Source of the DNA: Candidatus Poribacteria bacterium
Lineage (GTDB): Bacteria; Poribacteria; WGA-4E; PCPOR2b
Direction: 5' to 3'
Assembly (NCBI GenBank): GCA_965198175.1
Contig: OZ240245.1
Coordinates: 1,056,001-1,120,000, forward strand
Length of the DNA stretch: 64,000 nucleotides
How positions within the stretch are numbered: the stretch's first letter is position 1; every line of letters starts with the position of its first letter. Below are positions 50,301 to 58,659 of this stretch, piece after piece. The position numbers and the translations under genes are program-made. Under the pieces are notes generated by a model. The model did no database searches and was not told the DNA's origin. It saw only the letters and a program-made list of their open reading frames with translations.

Positions 50301-51076
50301 CAATCCCACCGTTGGACGTGTGCGAGTTCATGCAGCAGCACGGCACGCTGTTGGTCTGTGGACCAGTTTTCCGCATCAGTGGGAATCAGCACTTTGGGAC
50401 GAATGATGCCCCAAGTCATCGGCATCTTCACCTCGCTCCGCAGGAGCGAAACGCGGCACTTCAAACCGAGTTTTTGTCGGAGTTCACTCATCAATGCTGC
50501 CAAGGTGCCATCGGTAACACGTTGACTTCGCTGTGCAATTCTCCAAATGCCGACCAACCCGGCAAACAGTGGAACGAGGACAATCAACATACCGATGAAC
50601 CAAGCAATTCCAATACAGGTCCAAAGCGCATGCATTGTCCACCATCCCGCGGCCTGTACATCGGAAGTATCGGATACTCCATGCCCCGTGTTCCGCAATC
50701 TAGCTGCTTCCCGGTTGGGGTCAATTTCAGAAACCGCTGGGTGTGGAGCGGCTGAACGATGTTCGGACAATGGTAGCTCTGAACTGTCCAGATTCCCCAC
50801 GAAACCGTGTGTTGCGCCAGTCAAGGTATGCATCTGTGGGACAACTGACAACCGCCAGCTTGGCAAAATCACAGAAATGACGGGCAGACAGAGACAACTG
50901 ATAACCGCCAGTAACCAGATTAGGTGGCGAAGCGCCGCAGAACTACGCCGCAACGCGAGATTCAACCCGGCAGCAAGTACGAGCACGACTAAGCCCTTTA
51001 CAGACGCAGTGAAAAACACTTCCAACCAACGAATCGAATGTTCAGAAGATCCGAAGAGCGAAATGAAAGACATCAT
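47381..51076 (-). CDS. BlaR1/M56 metallopeptidase fused to TPR, TlpA-like thioredoxin, TPR, degenerate trypsin-like and CBM-like domains
   Basis: 'SAALRHLIW', HELAH, 'WFNPLVW', ERACDD; WATWCGPC; ATG 51076 after AGGAGG. Confidence 0.9.
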   Translation of the reverse strand: MMSFISLFGSSEHSIRWLEVFFTASVKGLVVLVLAAGLNLALRRSSAALRHLIWLLAVISCLCLPVISVILPSWRLSVVPQMHTLTGATHGFVGNLDSSELPLSEHRSAAPHPAVSEIDPNREAARLRNTGHGVSDTSDVQAAGWWTMHALWTCIGIAWFIGMLIVLVPLFAGLVGIWRIAQRSQRVTDGTLAALMSELRQKLGLKCRVSLLRSEVKMPMTWGIIRPKVLIPTDAENWSTDQQRAVLLHELAHVQRWDWLTQTLAHISCAIYWFNPLVWMADRRMRLERERACDDHVLTAGYRATDYAEHLLEIARKSLPRAFTARAAVAMAQPSWIEKRLRVILATDRNRQPVTKAAISVSILTVACLVLPLGIMHIAEALDDEKLLLQTREAVLWRPSPSESTPTDAEREAMMEQFTQQREKGFELSKRFLSMYPESDKRDEAWMYKIQGLLGLRRQEEAKTELDAFLKAFPKSKHAFDIRSIKIGYFEQDGKYKEALAELDKIDDPAALQQVYEEKARLYSMMNEWEKAAEFRLLAAELILGRPAPDFTLKDINGKTVSLKDFRGKVVLLDFWATWCGPCIHELPDLRALYQRHKNNPNFALISISSDVNDETVAKFVANNEMPWINIRGTDEIQAKFNVGGIPHYTVIDKNGLVRENDLRGGIELDSVISSLLGEIPREPDKTNIAKLHKLRADVHLRRGKHEKAITEYEQAFEIQPNDIELIMTLIRLYKDSHSEKALALYDRALVLLVEANQSKTEAEFRLADAAFDLATFYGERDNAEKCWQAFEMAMENDPSGRLAKQAKRMPGAFSAISDRPSFKALMEAVPETKADRRNDEMNRKWSTFRSERIEARKSYLLAEAEGVTFMGVILNSTGHLLVPDIVADATSIRAKITDYLPAQVMARDSEARLAVLKVEGAKYLRPVEMGTVDDLKEYAPFDYTTADGRPGRSYPTIAQITAHGQSGQRRDAQITVNSGVSVHTLEVDNGGNISSFQIGGLGGSSLSDAYVDYDGKLLGFCVDDEVVYKPLANNFPGPKYNVLTIDQIQASLERMGMTNLIGNEQVPMPDIPFSYFVEAENSTRLDGEKRPDVFVKRNDEAASGGEYLAALRDDNQSTWLVYEIDIPDDDDYAIWLRTLSHDGKSDSFFVATDVEPNFLACDAKSFNQWGWGAAIDRDSIRTVGALYLTKGKHEIRIYVREPRTQLDAIYLTNNLRLTASGVTERFNDSE

Positions 51077-51307
51077 GGGGTTTTCCTCCTTAAAGTGTAT
51101 AATTCTGTGGAATTCAAAAGCCTGTTTGCATAATATGGGAATTTGAGTTGCTATATACCTGAAAGCTAAGAAAATTGGGAAAATCGGCAAATTGATGTTC
51201 GAGATGTACTTCAATGCAGATTGTGTTCCAAGATATGGATTTTCACATTGGCGCTGAAGGTCTTTCTTTTGACATCAAGACTGTCACAAATTAGAGAAAT
51301 TAGATTG

Positions 51308-52081
51308 TCATCTTCGCAGCGAGTTCTTTATCTCTCCCCAAGTCGTAGTCAGATTCCTTTCAGGGTTAACGCTCTGTGGTCGGTCGATATCTGGAATTTC
51401 TGGTCCCGTAATTGCTACGTCGTCAAGATGAACAAGCTGCTCAGTCTCCGCCACGAATTGCACGGTACCTGGCACGGCCGCTTCATCTTTATATCGGATT
51501 AAGAGATTGTCGTCGAGATAAAACTCAAAATTGCTCTCCTCCGCTACGATTTTAATTGGAATCCATTGATTTAGCTCGATAGGTGGTCTAAGATTTTCAA
51601 GCTCAACAAATTTACGGAAGATAGTACCTCCTATCATTCCTTCACGGTCACGCTTTGCATCTGGCGGGGTGGTTGTGATACTTACAGCGTTTAAGGGCGA
51701 AATAATCAGTATAGTTTGTTGAGCCATCTCATTAAAATGGCCCTTGCGCCTTCGAACAGAAATGCCAAATGTTGAGGGGATCTGTGGCACTTTTACAAAT
51801 TTAACTCGACACGTAAGTGTATAAGAATTCCAGTTTTCCGGGTTACCCGCTCTTAATTCCATAAACAGTACTTTAAAGTTTCCCACCGGGTTTTCATTTC
51901 TTCCGATTGTTGTATCTATGACTACATTTCCATTCTTGGCTTCAGCAGTAATTCTAGGCGGATTTCCGTAAAGGTGCCACCCATCAAGATTCCTATCATT
52001 AAAATCGTCTAATAGCGTACCTGCATACGCTACAATGACATACCATAAAGTAATCAGCAAGATTGCCACAAACCATTTCAT
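51308..52081 (-). CDS. secreted lectin-like beta-sandwich (DUF1080/ConA-like) protein with C-terminal TTWG motif
   Basis: Signal peptide (AYA|G), 'DDFND..LDGW', 'W..IKI.......FYLDD', ends 'VNPERNLTTTWGEIK'. Confidence 0.75.
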   Translation of the reverse strand: MKWFVAILLITLWYVIVAYAGTLLDDFNDRNLDGWHLYGNPPRITAEAKNGNVVIDTTIGRNENPVGNFKVLFMELRAGNPENWNSYTLTCRVKFVKVPQIPSTFGISVRRRKGHFNEMAQQTILIISPLNAVSITTTPPDAKRDREGMIGGTIFRKFVELENLRPPIELNQWIPIKIVAEESNFEFYLDDNLLIRYKDEAAVPGTVQFVAETEQLVHLDDVAITGPEIPDIDRPQSVNPERNLTTTWGEIKNSLRR

Positions 52082-52350
52082 GGGAATAGCCTCCACATAA
52101 GAACATCGGTCTCTTACGTGTTGCTTACACTCTTGAATGACTAGCCAAATCTGTTCTGTTAAGTCAGGTCGGCGATTTGGTTACGGTACGGAGGCGAACG
52201 GCGTTTCCCGAAATATGGGATAGTACACTATTCCAACGGTACCCGTACAATCGTCTCCTAATTAGAGTCCTGCCAATCCAATATGCTGCCGTCCTTCGTT
52301 TCCTTACGGGTTGCATCATGCTGCGCGCCTGAGAGCATGAATGGATTGCA

Positions 52351-52749
52351 TCACGGTTCCCCTTCACTTTCCTTGGCTTGTTCGATGAGTGCCGCCAAAC
52401 GATTGGATTCCTCGTCGGACAATGCTGTGTCAGAGACGTTCAACAGCGCGGCAATAGTTTGCTCAATCGAATTGTCGAAAAAAGTCTGAAGCACTAATCC
52501 AAGTGCTGATTCACCGGCATTCTGACGCGGGTAAACCGGGGTGTAGATGAAACGTGCCCCCTTTTTTTCATGCCGAAGATGTCTCTTCTCTTCTAAAATT
52601 CTCATCATCGCCCGGACGGCTGAATAGGAAGGAGAATCTTCCAAGTCATTCAATACGTCTGCGACAGAAGCCCGACCTCTGCGGTAGACGATGTTCATAA
52701 TCTGTCGTTCGCGACGACTTAGGTCACGGGGTGGTTTGTTGATAGACAT
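52351..52749 (-). CDS. BlaI/MecI/CopY family transcriptional repressor
   Basis: 'LSRRERQIM.IVY..G.ASV..V......PSYSAVRA..RILEEK..L.H...G.RFIY.P'. Confidence 0.93.
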   Translation of the reverse strand: MSINKPPRDLSRRERQIMNIVYRRGRASVADVLNDLEDSPSYSAVRAMMRILEEKRHLRHEKKGARFIYTPVYPRQNAGESALGLVLQTFFDNSIEQTIAALLNVSDTALSDEESNRLAALIEQAKESEGEP

Positions 52750-52796
52750 ATTTCCTTTCCTTAAGATACTTTGAATTCGACATCCAAATAATCATT

Positions 52797-52970
52797 AATG
52801 CTAGAATTGTAGTATTCGTTAATACGGCGTGTCAAGTCAAAATGCTAAAATCCCTGCATTATTTTGCTAATTACTATACAATTTCGTTAATCTGGCGATA
52901 CCGTAAATGCTATGGGGAGGTATTCCTTTGATTGGATAAATTCACAAGATGGTGTTTAGGCGAGAGTTTC
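52797..52970 (-). promoter_or_regulatory. blaI promoter with palindromic operator(s)
   Basis: Minus-strand TTGACA...TACAAT; 20-bp imperfect palindrome AATGCTAGAATTGTAGTATT over the -10; second site AATGCTAAAATCCCTGCATT. Confidence 0.65.
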
Positions 52971-53224
52971 GAGAACGCATCAATTTATATCAGCACAATC
53001 AGCAAAGTCGAACTCTGGGGGATAGTGCGAGATGCGAACTATTCCGGCGTAATCTTCGGAAGGAGCTAAGATCGAAATTGTAGCGGTATGTCAAATGCAC
53101 CTGCAACGGAAATCTGACACAAAAACCAAAGCGAATTGACGCGGTACAAAGAAGGTAATTACGAATCTACAGCCGCAGAGCGGTAAAACTGGCTACTTAG
53201 GCGAGGTATCCGTCAATCTACGGT

Positions 53225-55087
53225 TTATTTTTTGACCGCTCCCCAAGTCGTTTGCAGCTTGTTCTCGGGTTCCACGCTCCGCCAGACGCGAGGTGTTGAC
53301 CAATCCGGCGAATGTGCATTTCTGAGAAAAAGTTTGACGCCTCCCCCGTTTATCCCAGTTACGTAGAGGTGTCCAGTTCCGCGGCTAAACAGGATGCTTT
53401 GTCCATCTGGCGACCACGAAAGACGTTCCTTTCCGTATTCAACCTCTTGGGAACTCAAAGTATGCCAAAGGGGTTCTTGATTATTACCATCGGCGTCCAC
53501 CAAGAATATGCCATAGCGGAAGGTGCGTCGCAGGTTTACTGAAAAAGCTGAAAAGACAATCGTCCGACCAATAGGCGCCCAAACAGCGTTGCGGACACCA
53601 ATCATCCCAAAATCCAAATCAATTGAGTTGACCTCGCGTGTATCCACATCAAGTATACGGATTTTTTCACCAATTCCTTCGGTATAATGGACAAACAGGA
53701 TTTTTCTGCCCTCCCCAGACCAACTGATTTTTCCGATTTGACCATCCAATGCCTCAGTCAATAATTGCTTATTCTGCCCATCCGGATTAATTGTATAAAT
53801 GCGATATACCATTGCATCCTGCTCGGGCTTATTCACAAAGGCAATCTTATCCGCTTGCGGCGACCATACCGGATATCCGTTGTAAACAGGACTATTGTCC
53901 AGCCGCATTTGACGGTTCCCGTCTTTGTCCATCACATGAATCTCCCACCTTCCATCTACATCTCGCGCGAAACTAATCTTATCCCCTCTGGGAGACCAAG
54001 CTGGCGCATATTCGGAAGATTCACTGTGAGTCAAATTCACAATCCAGCCGCCTTCGGCGTTCATCCTGTGAATGTCAGCGTTGCCAGTTCTTTTAGAAAT
54101 GAACACGAGGTGTTTTCCATCCGGGGACCAGCTCGGCTGCGAGTCGGAAGATGGGTCACGAGTTAGACGGACAGTTCGCAGGGAATCTTTATCGAATATG
54201 TAAATGTCCAAGTTATCATCTCTCCTAGACGAAAATGCAATCCGCTTCCCATCAGGAGAAAAGGCGGGGTTATCGTTGTGGTCGCCATCCATAATTAGGC
54301 TTTTTAAGCCGGTTCCATCAGCACTGACTTGCCAAATTTGCCTGACATCGCTTGGCGGGGCCTCGTCAACAACTGCCGAATGGTATGCCACCTCAGTACC
54401 ATCCGGTGACCATCTCGGGTAGGCGGTACGAAATTGGCTTTCTGTAAGAATCTGTTGGTGTCCCGTTTTGACATCCATTGACCAAACTTGAGCTGTAGCC
54501 CTGTGCTGATCAGATGCGAACACGATTTTTCTCCCGTCGGGAGACCAGTCAGGTTGAACATCGTCTCCGCCACTATCTGTCAGGGGAGTGCGATGATTCC
54601 CTTTTTCATCCACGGTGTAGAGGTCGTAATCACCGTCAAAATTTGAAGCGAACACAATCCTACTTCCGTCCGGTGCCCAAGAAGGGTAAAGACTCTGACG
54701 CCCTGTATTTTGTGAAAATGTCACGCGACGTTGCTCTCGAGACTGTATATCCATAGTAAAAATGTCAAGGTTTCGTCCTTGATTGACTGACGATACGAAT
54801 GCAATACGTTTACCATCAAACGACAATGATGGTGTTGAATAGCGTCCTTGTAATGTAAGTTTTTTGACTTGACCGCCCGCACCATTTGCGAGGCGTATCT
54901 GTTGGGGACCTGCATCTTCAGACACAAACACAATTTGTTCCCGCTGCCTTTGGGCATTTACGGAAAAAGCACTTAAATTCATCAGTAGCAATAATAAAAC
55001 AAAGCGTGTGACGACCTCAATACTAGCTGGCAAGTAATGATTCGCATCATTCGTTTTAGTTGGTTGATGGCATCTCCACATTGTCAT
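53225..55087 (-). CDS. TolB-like PD40 double beta-propeller protein with C-terminal TTWG motif
   Basis: Many P.WSPDG..I.F.S repeats; signal peptide; ends 'VEPENKLQTTWGAVKK'. Confidence 0.9.
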   Translation of the reverse strand: MTMWRCHQPTKTNDANHYLPASIEVVTRFVLLLLLMNLSAFSVNAQRQREQIVFVSEDAGPQQIRLANGAGGQVKKLTLQGRYSTPSLSFDGKRIAFVSSVNQGRNLDIFTMDIQSREQRRVTFSQNTGRQSLYPSWAPDGSRIVFASNFDGDYDLYTVDEKGNHRTPLTDSGGDDVQPDWSPDGRKIVFASDQHRATAQVWSMDVKTGHQQILTESQFRTAYPRWSPDGTEVAYHSAVVDEAPPSDVRQIWQVSADGTGLKSLIMDGDHNDNPAFSPDGKRIAFSSRRDDNLDIYIFDKDSLRTVRLTRDPSSDSQPSWSPDGKHLVFISKRTGNADIHRMNAEGGWIVNLTHSESSEYAPAWSPRGDKISFARDVDGRWEIHVMDKDGNRQMRLDNSPVYNGYPVWSPQADKIAFVNKPEQDAMVYRIYTINPDGQNKQLLTEALDGQIGKISWSGEGRKILFVHYTEGIGEKIRILDVDTREVNSIDLDFGMIGVRNAVWAPIGRTIVFSAFSVNLRRTFRYGIFLVDADGNNQEPLWHTLSSQEVEYGKERLSWSPDGQSILFSRGTGHLYVTGINGGGVKLFLRNAHSPDWSTPRVWRSVEPENKLQTTWGAVKK

Positions 55088-55202
55088 TATCGTCGAGCCT
55101 CCTCGTGCATTACAGCACTAAGCAAGTTGCTTACTATTGTTGAATTACCGGCTACAATCGGCGTCGCCGAAAATATCTCCAAGAGTTCGTTCTGGGCACG
55201 TT

Positions 55203-57059
55203 TTATTTCTTGACTTCGCCCCAAGTCGTGTGCAGCTTGTTCTCGGCTGTTACTCTCTCGCGGGAAACAGGCGTTTTCCAATCCGGCGAATGTGCATTTC
55301 TGAGAAAAAGTTTGACCCCTCCCCCGTTTATCCCAGTTACGTAGAGGTGTCCAGTTCCGCGGCTAAAAAGGATGCTTTGTCCATCCGGCGACCACGAAAG
55401 ACGTTCCCCTCCGTAATAAAGCCCTTGGGGACTGAAAGTATGCCAAAGGGGTTCTTGATTATTGCCGTCGGCGTCCACCAAGAATATGCCATAGCGGACG
55501 ATGCGCCGCACGTCTATTGAAAACGCTGTAAAGACAATTGTCCTGCCAATGGGCGCCCAAACTGCGCTGTCAATCGGAACCTCCATCAAATGAATTGAGT
55601 TGACCACTTTTCGTGTCATCACATCAAGTATACGGATTTCGTCAATCCCTTGGTCCAATTTGCTCCAATAGACAAACAGCATTTTTTTGCCATCCGGAGA
55701 CCATCTAGGGCTTCTAACATCCGCACCTAATGTCTCATATAATAATTGCTTATTCTGCCCATCCGGATCAATTGTATAAATGCGCAAAACCTTTGAATCC
55801 TGTTCGGGCGTGTTCACAAAGGCAATCTTATCCCCTTGCGGTGACCATGATGGATATCCGTTGAAAACAGGACTATTATCCAGCCGCATTTGACGGTTCC
55901 CGCCGTTGTCCATCACATGAATCTCCCACCTTCCATCTACAACTCGCACGAAACTAATCTTATCCCCTCCGGGAGACCAAGCTGGCATATATTCGGAAGT
56001 TTCACTCTGAGTCAAATTCACAATTCCGCCGCCTTCGGCGTTCATCTTATGAATGTCAGGATTGCCCGTTCTGTCAGAAACAAAAACAAGATGTCTACCA
56101 TCCGGGGACCAACTCGGTTGATAATCGGGAGACGGGTCGCGAGTTAGACGGCGAGTTTCCAGAGAATCCCTATCGAAGATGTAAATGTCCGTGTTATCAT
56201 CTCTCTTAGATGAAAATGCAATCTGCTTCCCGTCGGGAGAAATGGCGGGGCTACCGCTTTCACCTTCGACAATTAGGCTTTTTACGTCCGTTCCATCAGT
56301 TCTGACTTGCCAAATCTGCCAGCCGCCGGTTAGCGCCTCGTCAGCCACTGACGAATGGTATGCCACCTGAGTCCCATCAGGAGACCATCTCGGGTAGGCG
56401 GTTGGAAATCGGCTTTCTGTAAGTATCTGTTGGTGTCCTGTTTTGACATCCATCGACCAAACTTGAACTGCTGTTCTGTGCTGATCAGAAGCGAATACGA
56501 TTTTACTCCCGTCGGGTGACCAGTCAGGTTGGACATCGTCTCCCTCACTATCCGTCAGGCGAGTGTGATATTTCCCTTTTTCATCCACGGTGTAGAGGTC
56601 GTAGTCACCATCAAAATTTGAAGCGAACACAATCCGACTTCCGTCCGGTGCCCAAGAAGGATCAAGATTGTAATGTCGATGATTTTGTGAAAATGTCACT
56701 CGACGTTGCTCACGTGACCGTATATCCATAATAAAAATATCGCCGTTTTGCCCTCGAGGAATGAACGAGACAAATGCAACCCGTTTTCCATCGAACGATA
56801 ATGATGGTGTAAAATAGAATCCTTGTAATGTAAGATTCTTAGCTAGACCGCCTAAACCATTTGTGAGGCGTAATTGATTAGACTCATCCCCTTGAGACAC
56901 AAACACGATTTGCTCCCGCTGCCATTGGGCATTTGCGGATAATACACTGAAATTCAGTAGCAAAAATAAAAAAAAGCGTGTGACGGCCTCAATTCTTGCC
57001 GATAGGTAACAGTTCGCATAATACGTTTTAGTTGGTCGATGGCATCTGCTCATGAACAT
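55203..57059 (-). CDS. TolB-like PD40 double beta-propeller protein (tandem paralog) with C-terminal TTWG motif
   Basis: Closely similar to 53225..55087; ends 'VTAENKLHTTWGEVKK'. Confidence 0.9.
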   Translation of the reverse strand: MFMSRCHRPTKTYYANCYLSARIEAVTRFFLFLLLNFSVLSANAQWQREQIVFVSQGDESNQLRLTNGLGGLAKNLTLQGFYFTPSLSFDGKRVAFVSFIPRGQNGDIFIMDIRSREQRRVTFSQNHRHYNLDPSWAPDGSRIVFASNFDGDYDLYTVDEKGKYHTRLTDSEGDDVQPDWSPDGSKIVFASDQHRTAVQVWSMDVKTGHQQILTESRFPTAYPRWSPDGTQVAYHSSVADEALTGGWQIWQVRTDGTDVKSLIVEGESGSPAISPDGKQIAFSSKRDDNTDIYIFDRDSLETRRLTRDPSPDYQPSWSPDGRHLVFVSDRTGNPDIHKMNAEGGGIVNLTQSETSEYMPAWSPGGDKISFVRVVDGRWEIHVMDNGGNRQMRLDNSPVFNGYPSWSPQGDKIAFVNTPEQDSKVLRIYTIDPDGQNKQLLYETLGADVRSPRWSPDGKKMLFVYWSKLDQGIDEIRILDVMTRKVVNSIHLMEVPIDSAVWAPIGRTIVFTAFSIDVRRIVRYGIFLVDADGNNQEPLWHTFSPQGLYYGGERLSWSPDGQSILFSRGTGHLYVTGINGGGVKLFLRNAHSPDWKTPVSRERVTAENKLHTTWGEVKK

Positions 57060-57263
57060 TACCGTCGAGCCTCCTTGTGCTATGTAACCAATGGTGCTAG
57101 TTCAATGTAGAGGTCATGAGCCGGTTTCCTAATTGAATCGTTAATCGGGGTAACAAACCGTTTCGATTAGCGGGAGGCTCCCTAACTCATCACCACTGCA
57201 AAATTTCTCACACAATTCTTCTGTTGGGCAGATGATAGACTCAAGCAACAAAACAGCAACTCA

Positions 57264-57436
57264 TTTGCTGGAATTATAGCATTTCCTGTTACGGCATGTC
57301 AAGAAAAATGCTAAAAGACTTGCATGTTTTGCTAAATGCCTCTGCAATCTCGCCACACGGCGGTTCCATCAATGTATATGGGCAAGAATACCCTTGATTG
57401 GGAAAGAGAACATGTAGATATTTAGGCGAGAATTTT
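57264..57436 (-). promoter_or_regulatory. promoter/operator block homologous to 52797-52970
   Basis: Minus-strand TTGACA...TGCTATAAT; same motifs in the same order: TGCT.GAATT.TAG.ATT, TACGGC.TGTCAAG, AAATGCTAAAA, TTTTGCTAA, TTGATTGG, TTTAGGCGAGA. Confidence 0.7.
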
Positions 57437-57617
57437 TGGGAAGATGTGTCGGGCGAGACAGTGACGAGAGCAGACCATTTAACATTTGCTCAATCAACGA
57501 ATTAGTATTCTGAGGGATGACTGAGAGGTGCTGTTGGTCTGCTGTACACCTTGGAAGGAGGAAAGGTCGAATTAGTAACGGTGTGTAAGCATGCTTGCAC
57601 TAATCTTTCAACACCGT

Positions 57618-58517
57618 TCATTTACCTAGAAGGTGTCGCAGTGCACCTTCGAGTTCAGGATAGTGGAACGTGTAACCTGTTTCCGCCAGTCGAGAGGGTT
57701 CCACACGGGTGCTCGCAAGCAGCATTTCGTCCGCCATCTCTCCGAAGATGGAACGAACCATAAAGGCGGGCATACCAAACAAGGTGGGGCGATTTAGCAC
57801 GCGCCCCAATGTTTTTGTAAACTCACTGTTTGTGACGGCGTGGGGTGTTACCGCATTCACAGGACCGTGCAAACCGTCTTGAGTAAGAACGTGATGGATT
57901 ACCTCAACGACATCATCCAACGCGATCCAACTAATATACTGCTTCCCATTCCCCAATTTGCCTCCAGATCCCATCCTGAATGGCGGAAGCATCTTTGCCA
58001 AGGCACCTCCGTCTGGGCTAAGTACAACGCCAATACGAAGATTTACGACTCTAATACCTGCTTCTGTCGCCGCACCCGTGGCTGCCTCCCATTCGTGACA
58101 GACATCGGCGAGAAACCCTGAACCCGAAAAAGCGCCCTCATTGACAACCGCATCGCCGCGATTGCCGTAGTAGCCGATAGCCGACGAGCACATCAATGCC
58201 TTGGGCGGCTGCGCTAGCTCGGAGAGCGATTCGCAGAGCAAACCAGTTCCTTCGACACGGCTGTTACGAATTCGGGCTTTTTTCTCAGCCGTCCATTTTC
58301 CGCTGGCGAGGTTTTCACCGGCGAGATGCACGACGGCGTCCAGTCCTTCGAGCCCCGCTTTGTCAATGCTGCCTGTGTCAGGCGACCAGTGAATCTCATC
58401 TTCTGCGGACGTGGGCTCGGTGCGGACGAGTTTCCTGACCTCATGTCCCTGCTCGGCGAGAAAGTCAACCAGCGCCGAACCAACGAGTCCCGTTGATCCA
58501 GTCACGAGGATTTTCAT
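57618..58517 (-). CDS. TIGR01777-family NAD-dependent epimerase-like oxidoreductase
   Basis: TGSTGLVG, VHLAGE, SRVEGT, SAIGYYG, LRIGVVL, GKQYISWI. Confidence 0.92.
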   Translation of the reverse strand: MKILVTGSTGLVGSALVDFLAEQGHEVRKLVRTEPTSAEDEIHWSPDTGSIDKAGLEGLDAVVHLAGENLASGKWTAEKKARIRNSRVEGTGLLCESLSELAQPPKALMCSSAIGYYGNRGDAVVNEGAFSGSGFLADVCHEWEAATGAATEAGIRVVNLRIGVVLSPDGGALAKMLPPFRMGSGGKLGNGKQYISWIALDDVVEVIHHVLTQDGLHGPVNAVTPHAVTNSEFTKTLGRVLNRPTLFGMPAFMVRSIFGEMADEMLLASTRVEPSRLAETGYTFHYPELEGALRHLLGK

Positions 58518-58659
58518 AGACGTGCTCTCCGTATCAAACTGTTGCTATCTGTGATTTCGTGTAGTTCGGTTCGCTTTATATTCGAAACGCACACGGTGGG
58601 AAACGACGAATGCGCCCCCCACAATAACCCCGCGTGCACTTCGAGCGAGGTGTTACGCC

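Noticed and set aside
41482..52749. BlaI/CopY-family gene as the regulator of copA
   Set aside because: No C-terminal Cys metal motif, it is linked to an M56 peptidase, and no operator was seen directly upstream of copA
53225..57059. True tolB genes
   Set aside because: No TolB N-terminal domain, doubled propeller, and no pal/tolQRA nearby
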